Origin: Polynucleobacter difficilis
Lineage (GTDB): Bacteria > Pseudomonadota > Gammaproteobacteria > Burkholderiales > Burkholderiaceae
Assembly (NCBI RefSeq): GCF_003065365.1
Contig: NZ_CP023276.1
Location: forward strand, 897,231-929,230
Length of the DNA stretch: 32,000 nt
Direction: 5' to 3'
Shown here: in pieces, positions 24,378 to 32,000 of the stretch
How the letters are laid out: the number at the start of each line of letters is the position of its first letter
Position numbering within the stretch: the first letter of the stretch is position 1
The notes under the pieces: generated by a model
The model's database searches: none
The model's input: only the letters and a program-made list of their open reading frames with translations
Told to the model about the DNA's origin: nothing
Translations under genes and position numbers: made by a program

Positions 24378-25543
24378 GCGAGTAACTCAGGTTGAGGGTC
24401 ATGCGTTACCCGTAAATCAAGGCGCTTGGCTAATGCACTGCTGGCATGTGACTGGTCTACTGCCGAAGAGTGCAACAGCTCGATCGCGCAATCCATTACT
24501 GCGGGTGCAATTAAGAAGCCATGCCGATATAGTCCATTGATTAACATCAGCCCAGGCTTGTTGATTCGGATTTCAGGCAAATTGTCTTTAAGGGTCGGGC
24601 GGCATTGCGTACTCATTTCTAGAATACGGGCCTCAGCAAAGCCACTATGGACGGTATAGACCGCACTGAGTAATTCCATTGCCGAGCGAACGCTGGTGGG
24701 CGATAGGTCTTCGGATTCAATTTCAGTAGCGCCAACCACATACATATCATCCTCTTTGGGCGCAATGTAAATGGGGTAACGTGGATGAATGAGCCGCGTA
24801 GGGCGCTTGAGTTTGACTTCAGGCGCATGTAACCGGATTACCTCACCTCGGATACCGCGTAAAGGATTGGACTCCCATGCCTCTTTTGCCCCTAGGCCGC
24901 GACAATCAATCACCCAGTCATGCTGTGCTTGGCGATGCAAGTCATCGGGATCGATTGCGAGATTCCAGTGCATCTTCACTTCCATGGTGCCGAGTGCTTG
25001 CAATAAGGAGACCATCAATTGCCGATTATCCAATTGGCCTTCGTGCGGTAAAAACAAACCCTGATGAAAGCGGTCGGCTAGGCTGGGTTCAAGCTCTTCT
25101 AAGGAATGGCGATCAAGCTGCTGTGGCTGCTCTAGCGGAAAGGCGGATGTGCCTGGTTGCTGACTCTCGCGGCAATTACGGACCAGTTGTGTGCTAAGGC
25201 GTTTAGCTTCGATGGCATCTTGTTGATGCCAAACAAAAACCGTACCTTCTTGCTGAAAAAAAACCGGAAGGCTGAGTTCAGCAGTCAATGATTGCCAGCG
25301 CGGCAAGCTGTAAATGCCCATTTGCACGACATTGGCTTCGGTGATTGCAGACTCTGCCAGTGGAGCCAGCATCGCCGCTGCAATGGTTGCGGCAGCATGT
25401 TCGCCATCTACCCCGCCACGATCATAGAGCGATACCGCTGCTCCCCCTTTTGCTAGGGCGTAGGCCATCATCCGGCCCATGAGGCCGGCCCCGACAATGG
25501 CTATTCGCTTGCCAGCAAAAGATGGATTTTCGTGAGCGCGCAT
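24365..25543 (-). CDS. thiO: Glycine oxidase ThiO (FAD-dependent), 392 aa
   Basis: It has the Rossmann motif RIAIVGAGLMGRMMAY. Its operon position is thiC-thiO-thiS-thiG. The ATG at 25543 avoids overlap with thiC, so the longer track ORF (25600) is probably over-extended. Confidence 0.8.
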   Translation of the reverse strand: MRAHENPSFAGKRIAIVGAGLMGRMMAYALAKGGAAVSLYDRGGVDGEHAAATIAAAMLAPLAESAITEANVVQMGIYSLPRWQSLTAELSLPVFFQQEGTVFVWHQQDAIEAKRLSTQLVRNCRESQQPGTSAFPLEQPQQLDRHSLEELEPSLADRFHQGLFLPHEGQLDNRQLMVSLLQALGTMEVKMHWNLAIDPDDLHRQAQHDWVIDCRGLGAKEAWESNPLRGIRGEVIRLHAPEVKLKRPTRLIHPRYPIYIAPKEDDMYVVGATEIESEDLSPTSVRSAMELLSAVYTVHSGFAEARILEMSTQCRPTLKDNLPEIRINKPGLMLINGLYRHGFLIAPAVMDCAIELLHSSAVDQSHASSALAKRLDLRVTHDPQPELLACAS

Positions 25544-25562
25544 CGCGTTTACAACCAATGCT

Positions 25563-27488
<1,926 letters not shown>

Positions 27489-27499
27489 CTAACTGATTA

Positions 27500-27615
27500 T
27501 TCGATGGACGAAACCGGGTACCGGTTTTGATGACACTCCCCACGCCAGCATTATCTGGATCGGGTAATAGGGTCTTTCTCAGCGCCACCAGTTACGGAGG
27601 GCACCCCTGTTTCAT
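27500..27615 (-). promoter_or_regulatory. TPP (THI-box) riboswitch in the thiC leader
   Basis: The reverse strand reads GGGGTGCCCTCCGTAACTGGTGGCGCTGAGAAAGACCCTATTACCCGATCCAGATAATGCTGGCGTGGGGAG. It contains the conserved GGGGTGC, CTGAGA, ACCC and GATC.GGATAATGC..GCG blocks. An AAACCGG-TAC-CCGGTTT hairpin follows, then the SD. Confidence 0.9.
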
Positions 27616-27663
27616 CCTTATACGCATTTAACCATGATTCGGTGGCTCGTGTCCTGACCTGAA

Positions 27664-28512
27664 TCAAGCTGAGGCATTGCTGCGCCGCAAAATAAAATCG
27701 GCAGTGACGAGGGCAGCATCCGCAGTGAATTCATCGGCCAATATACGGGCAGCCGCTTCGCCAAAGGAAACCGCAATAAAGCCGGCCACCTCGCCATCGC
27801 GGTTGGTGGGCAGCAAATTGCTTGGGAGCAATAAATCGTAGATAAATAGGGATTCCGCATGAAAGCCCAAGGGCGGGGTGGGCCTACGCATCTCCATGCG
27901 GCCTGCAGGCTGAATCTCGCTGGCAATGGCTTTGGGGATACCGGCTTCTTCCCAAAGCTCACGGGAGGCGCAAACCCAGGGGGTTTCATCGGCTGAAATG
28001 CCTCCAGCACTTACGTTATCCAATTTTCCAGGGTCTATTTGCTTGTTTTCACTACGGCGACCCAGCCAGATATGACCGCTTTCAGTAAAACCGTTGATAT
28101 GGCTAGCCATACTCTTGAGCCCAAAGGTACGAAAAGCAGCCCGTTCCAGCTGAAACAAGGCATGCCCCTGAGCATCGATAAAGGCAAATTCTTCATTACG
28201 CCAGCCTGGAATAAACCCCCCTTGGCGCATGCGATCAGCCAAGGTCCGCATGGTTTGGCTGAGCAAGGCAGGGCGAGAGCCGTCGAGCAATATGCGCTGT
28301 GGCTCGATGTGCACCCCGGCGATCGGACTGGCGGCCAGGGATTGCTTAAGAAAAGTAAAAAAATCCAAGTGCAGATAGCCTACCGTTTGCCCCGATTGAT
28401 TACCCGATGGAATGGCAAGAAAAATGGGCACGTATTCCGATGGAACCGACCGCGCCGTATTTTGGAGCAATTCTTCGAGGGCAGCAAGGGTGCTGGGCGT
28501 GAGTGCATTCAT
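27664..28512 (-). CDS. NUDIX hydrolase with an N-terminal DUF4743-like domain, 282 aa
   Basis: It has a perfect Nudix box, GGISADETPWVCASRELWEEAGI (GX5EX7REUXEEXGU). The ATG at 28512 is preferred over the TTG at 28536. Confidence 0.8.
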   Translation of the reverse strand: MNALTPSTLAALEELLQNTARSVPSEYVPIFLAIPSGNQSGQTVGYLHLDFFTFLKQSLAASPIAGVHIEPQRILLDGSRPALLSQTMRTLADRMRQGGFIPGWRNEEFAFIDAQGHALFQLERAAFRTFGLKSMASHINGFTESGHIWLGRRSENKQIDPGKLDNVSAGGISADETPWVCASRELWEEAGIPKAIASEIQPAGRMEMRRPTPPLGFHAESLFIYDLLLPSNLLPTNRDGEVAGFIAVSFGEAAARILADEFTADAALVTADFILRRSNASA

Positions 28513-28742
28513 GCGTTTAAGTGTACGAGAAAGCAATCTGCTAGCAGCTGGGAATGAAAATGTATTTCATTTTTTAAACCTTGGATTGGCATCGCACTCA
28601 TGAAAAATCAGGAACGCATAGATTTAAAAATAAAAGTCAATGGTTAAATAAAAACAAAAAATCGTCGCAAGGGCATTGCTTATTTTTTAAGCAATCCAGA
28701 TCGGCCTATAAAAATTCAATACTTAGCAACACTTTCTGTAAT

Positions 28743-28765
28743 TTATCCACATTTGCTGTGGATAA
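28743..28765. promoter_or_regulatory. Two perfect consensus DnaA boxes in inverted orientation (TTATCCACA-tttgc-TGTGGATAA)
   Basis: Read directly at 28743-28751 and 28757-28765. They lie in a very AT-rich spacer of about 310 bp between the NUDIX gene and tRNA-Arg. Together they also form a 9-bp-stem palindrome. Confidence 0.6.
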
Positions 28766-28849
28766 CTTTTTGAATAAATAATCCGATTGACTTTTCAATT
28801 CATTTGAGAAATAAAAAGTGAGTTACTTATAAGTGAAGCGTGCAGACTG

Positions 28850-28924
28850 TGGTCCCGCCGACAGGAATCGAACCTGTATCCCACGCTTAGGAGGCATGTG
28901 CACTATCCATTGTGCTACGGCGAG
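28850..28924 (-). tRNA. tRNA-Arg (anticodon CCU), 75 nt, CCA encoded
   Basis: The reverse strand reads CTCGCCGTAGCACAATGGATAGTGCACATGCCTCCTAAGCGTGGGATACAGGTTCGATTCCTGTCGGCGGGACCA. The acceptor stem is CTCGCCG/CGGCGGG (one G-U pair), the anticodon loop is CTCCTAA and the T-arm is ACAGG-TTCGATT-CCTGT. Confidence 0.9.
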
Positions 28925-28947
28925 CAATGCAATTCAATCGCTTGTAT

Positions 28948-29109
28948 TTAAAAGCCGCACAATGCCCAAACGGTATTGGTTAATGCAACCATGAGGTCGG
29001 GTGCAAAGTAAGCCATAAAGGTCAAGCTTAAAACAAGACCGCAAAACAGCAACACAGCAAAACGTTGCCACAGGGGCTTACGGACTGGCGTGCTAAAAAG
29101 GGTGCGCAT
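28948..29109 (-). CDS. Possible small membrane protein, 53 aa (below the track threshold)
   Basis: My translation is MRTLFSTPVRKPLWQRFAVLLFCGLVLSLTFMAYFAPDLMVALTNTVWALCGF. It has one clear hydrophobic helix and lies 43 nt downstream of the MFS gene. No clear SD. Confidence 0.3.
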   Translation of the reverse strand: MRTLFSTPVRKPLWQRFAVLLFCGLVLSLTFMAYFAPDLMVALTNTVWALCGF

Positions 29110-29152
29110 ACCGGATTGTACTCAGACGGGCGGTATCGATACGTAAGCGTAT

Positions 29153-30385
29153 TTAGGTCGACTGCAATCGACCAAGGGCGCGTTCCTGTATCGGTAAGTT
29201 AATCAGTGCAGCAAAAATGCCCAGCCCAATAGCAATCATCCATACGGGGTCATAGGTGCCGCTGCGATCATATAAAAGCCCGCCCAAATAGGCGCCGCAA
29301 AAACTTCCCAGCTGGTGTGAAAAGAATACCAAGCCAGACAGCATTGTTAAGTATTTAACGCCAAAAATTTGCGCCACGATTGCATTCGTTAAGGGAACGG
29401 TGGAGAGCCAAAGAAATCCCATCACCGCTGCAAACACATAGGTTGATAGCGGCGTGATTGGCATAAATACAAAAAGGGCGATGGCAACAGCGCGGCTCGC
29501 ATAGATGCCAGACAGTAAATACCGCTTCGGAAAGCGCTGACCTAAAACGCCGGCATAAAAGGTACCAAATACATTAAAGAGGCCAATCAAGGCTAGTGCT
29601 GTGCTGGCAACTGCCGGAGAACCAAGCGATGGGACCGCCTTGGAGAGATCACTGAGGTATGGCGCCAAGTGCACCGATATAAAGACCACCTGAAAGCCGC
29701 ACACAAAATAACCCAATGTCAGTAGCTGAAAGCTGCGGTTATGCATCGCCTCACCCAGCGCCTCTGCAATGGTTTGATTTCCGAGCTGTAAGTGTGTCGA
29801 TCCTGCCGGCTCTTTAAGCTTAAAGGCGATGGGCAACATCAAGGTGGCCATTAAGCCCAGCAGCAGAAGTGCATCGGTCGCGCCAAAATGGGTAATCAAG
29901 CCTTGCTCGACGGGAATCATCAGGAACTGACCAAAGGATCCTGCCGCTGCTGCTACCCCCATTGCCCAAACCCGTTTCTCGGCGGCTACATTACGACCCA
30001 AGATTCCATAGACGACGCTGTAGGTAGTAGCGGTTTGCGCTAAGCCAATCAAAAGACCGCCAGCCACAGTGAACGGAAGAATGTCGGTTGATAGACCCAT
30101 ACCCACCAAACCTAAGGCATAGAGGATGCCGCCGGCTACCATGATGCGAAAAGCACCAAAGCGATCGGCGAGGGCGCCAGTAACGGGCTGCATTGCGCCC
30201 CACACTAAATTTTGGAGGGCAATAGTGAGTGCAAAGGTTTCGCGATCCCAGCCATTGGTGGCAGTGATGGGTAGGTTAAATAAACCAAAGCCATGGCGAA
30301 TACCCATCGATAGAGTGACAAGCAGGCCGCCGTAAATCAGGACTTGTTTGAGTGAGATAGACGCTCTTGATTGGGTATTTATCAT
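29153..30385 (-). CDS. MFS transporter, 410 aa
   Basis: It has about 12 hydrophobic segments and the MFS loop motif GALADRFGAFRIM between TM2 and TM3. Confidence 0.85.
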   Translation of the reverse strand: MINTQSRASISLKQVLIYGGLLVTLSMGIRHGFGLFNLPITATNGWDRETFALTIALQNLVWGAMQPVTGALADRFGAFRIMVAGGILYALGLVGMGLSTDILPFTVAGGLLIGLAQTATTYSVVYGILGRNVAAEKRVWAMGVAAAAGSFGQFLMIPVEQGLITHFGATDALLLLGLMATLMLPIAFKLKEPAGSTHLQLGNQTIAEALGEAMHNRSFQLLTLGYFVCGFQVVFISVHLAPYLSDLSKAVPSLGSPAVASTALALIGLFNVFGTFYAGVLGQRFPKRYLLSGIYASRAVAIALFVFMPITPLSTYVFAAVMGFLWLSTVPLTNAIVAQIFGVKYLTMLSGLVFFSHQLGSFCGAYLGGLLYDRSGTYDPVWMIAIGLGIFAALINLPIQERALGRLQST

Positions 30386-30397
30386 GCGATGAGACGC

Positions 30398-31618
30398 TTA
30401 GATTGCGTGTTTTTGGCGAAGGGTTGAAATCGCTTCTGCACTCAGGCCAAGGCGATCGCGCAGCACCTCATCAGTATGCTGACCTAATGTCGGGGGCGGC
30501 ATGCGCACCTCGACGGGCGTTGCCGATAGCTTCATGGGGCTTGCAACCAATTTCATGGTGCCGGCAGTGGGATGGGGTACTTGCAGTTGAACCTGACGCG
30601 AAACGACTTGCTCATTAGCAAAGACTTCTTCCAAATCGTTAATCGGTCCGCACGGCACGTTGACCTTTTCCAAGGTAGCAATCCAATCATTCTTGGTTTT
30701 GGTCTTCGTCATCTCCGTTAGCAAGGGAACCAAAATAGAGCGGTGCGCAACCCGCGATGGATTGTCGGCAAAGCGTGCATCGTCAGCCAGCTGCTCTTGC
30801 CCGCCAGCCTTTACAAACTGCCGAAACTGACTGTCATTACCAACGGCAATGATCATCCAGCCATCGGAGGTAGGGAAAGTTTGATACGGAACAATATTGG
30901 GGTGGGCATTTCCCCAGCGTCGCGGCGCAGTTCCGGTGCATAAGTAATTGCTCGAGATATTGGCCATGACCGCAATTTGGGTATCCAATAAAGCCATGTC
31001 GATGTATTGACCCAGGCCGGTACGGTCACGGTGAATCACGGCAGCCAGAATGGCTGAGCTGGCATACATGCCGGTAAACAAATCGACAATCGCAACCCCC
31101 GCTTTTTGCGGCCCACCGCCGGGTAAATCGTCAGCCTCACCCGTCACGCTCATGAAGCCACCCAAGCCTTGAATAATGAAGTCATAGCCAGGACGCTGAG
31201 CGTAGGGGCCAGTTTGACCAAAGCCGGTGACGGAGCAATAAATCAGATCGGGCTTTAGTAAGGTGAGGCTGTCATAATCCAGCCCATATTTTTTTAACTG
31301 ACCCACCTTGTAGTTTTCAATCACGACATCGGATTCAGCAGCTAGTTTGCGAATGATGTCTTGACCCTCGGGCGTGCTGATATCGACGGTAATCGAGCGT
31401 TTATTGCGATTGATCGAAATGAAGTACGCGGCTTCTGCCGTATCTTCGCCTTGTGGATTTTGGGCAAACGGAGGCCCCCAGTGGCGGGTATCGTCGCCAA
31501 CGTTAGGGCGCTCGACTTTAATGACGTCGGCACCTAAATCGGCTAAATTTTGGGCGCACCACGGACCGGCAAGAACCCGGCTGAGGTCTAAAACCCGAAT
31601 ATGACTAAGTGCACCCAT
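30398..31618 (-). CDS. Family III CoA-transferase (CaiB/BaiF family), 406 aa
   Basis: The N-terminus IRVLDLSRVLAGPWCAQNLADLGADVIKVERP and the motif GYDFIIQGLGGFMS are typical of this family. Confidence 0.88.
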   Translation of the reverse strand: MGALSHIRVLDLSRVLAGPWCAQNLADLGADVIKVERPNVGDDTRHWGPPFAQNPQGEDTAEAAYFISINRNKRSITVDISTPEGQDIIRKLAAESDVVIENYKVGQLKKYGLDYDSLTLLKPDLIYCSVTGFGQTGPYAQRPGYDFIIQGLGGFMSVTGEADDLPGGGPQKAGVAIVDLFTGMYASSAILAAVIHRDRTGLGQYIDMALLDTQIAVMANISSNYLCTGTAPRRWGNAHPNIVPYQTFPTSDGWMIIAVGNDSQFRQFVKAGGQEQLADDARFADNPSRVAHRSILVPLLTEMTKTKTKNDWIATLEKVNVPCGPINDLEEVFANEQVVSRQVQLQVPHPTAGTMKLVASPMKLSATPVEVRMPPPTLGQHTDEVLRDRLGLSAEAISTLRQKHAI

Positions 31619-31747
31619 GGCCTAATTTTGGCATGAATGGGTAAATAATCGCGTGCAAGCTCCTTAGAACGCCTCAAAATACGCAAGCAGAGCCCATGCA
31701 ACGGTAAAAAAAGAAGCCAATCCCAGACATGGCTACAATTTCTGCGC

Positions 31748-32000
31748 ATGGCAACCCGTAAAACCTCCGAATACAGCGAATCATCGATTCAAGTTCTGAA
31801 AGGACTTGAGCCAGTTCGTCAGCGCCCTGGAATGTATACCAGGACCGATAACCCCCTTCACATCATCCAGGAAGTACTGGATAACGCATCTGATGAGGCT
31901 CTAGGGGGCTTTGGTAAGCAAATCATGGTGACCTTGCATGCCGATGGCAGCGTCAGTATTGAGGACGATGGTCGCGGCATTCCTGTGGGCATGCACCCCA
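31748..32000 (+). CDS. parE: DNA topoisomerase IV subunit B (ParE), N-terminal 84 aa; runs off the window end
   Basis: My translation is [84 protein letters not shown]. It has the GHKL ATPase N-terminus. [10 protein letters not shown] fits ParE better than GyrB (PGMYIGDT). Confidence 0.8.
   Translation, partial: MATRKTSEYSESSIQVLKGLEPVRQRPGMYTRTDNPLHIIQEVLDNASDEALGGFGKQIMVTLHADGSVSIEDDGRGIPVGMHP

Noticed and set aside
27618-28557. 130-aa same-strand and 172-aa antisense ORFs overlapping the NUDIX gene
   Set aside because: The NUDIX frame contains a perfect Nudix box. The overlapping frames are Pro/Arg/Ala-rich, typical of off-frame translation of GC-richer genes. The 130-aa ORF would also run through the riboswitch promoter region.
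28537-28849. Chromosomal replication origin (oriC)
   Set aside because: Only two DnaA boxes are visible. There are no additional relaxed boxes, no obvious 13-mer-type repeats, and no dnaA, dnaN or gidA neighbourhood. Reported instead as a DnaA-box pair of unknown role.

Overview
The window has three blocks. No database search was possible, so every call rests on reading the translated ORFs and the DNA directly.

(1) 1-12101, all on the minus strand: a group-2 (kps-type) ABC-transporter capsule locus. The gene order is HTH regulator, kpsE, kpsM, kpsT, kpsD, a strongly AT-rich five-gene cassette, then kpsC, a beta-barrel OMP and kpsS (partial, runs off the window). The cassette holds three glycosyltransferases and two methyltransferase-like genes, and four of its five gene junctions are ATGA start/stop overlaps. 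Two G/C homopolymer tracts lie in this locus. One is G11 at the HTH/kpsE junction and the other is C8 inside a glycosyltransferase. Both are candidate phase-variation switches.

(2) 12102-20437: an island of about 8.3 kb lying 3' of tRNA-Asn(GUU), with a large tyrosine integrase next to the tRNA. It has no phage structural genes and no conjugation genes. Its cargo is almost entirely uncharacterised:
- a DUF6876-like small-gene operon;
- a 760-bp non-coding stretch with a 19-bp palindrome;
- a very acidic 225-aa protein;
- a FimB/FimE-sized tyrosine recombinase (188 aa) preceded by nested inverted repeats;
- a 300-aa unknown protein;
- a clamp-loader-type AAA+ ATPase translationally coupled (TAATG overlap) to a DNA-binding protein built from homing-endonuclease NUMOD3/HTH modules but lacking any nuclease domain.

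I consider 14984-18387 the best candidate for an undescribed system. It could be a defence, satellite or DNA-switch module. I cannot assign it to any named system.

(3) 20438-32000: core genes. These are an EamA transporter plus thiD, a TPP-riboswitch-controlled thiC-thiO-thiS-thiG-thiE operon, a DUF4743-like/NUDIX gene, an AT-rich spacer with two perfect inverted DnaA boxes, tRNA-Arg(CCU), an MFS transporter, a family III CoA-transferase and the 5' end of parE.

Composition and protein signatures look like a moderately AT-rich betaproteobacterium (Burkholderiales, Polynucleobacter-like). That is inference only. No CRISPR array, rRNA or IS element was seen.
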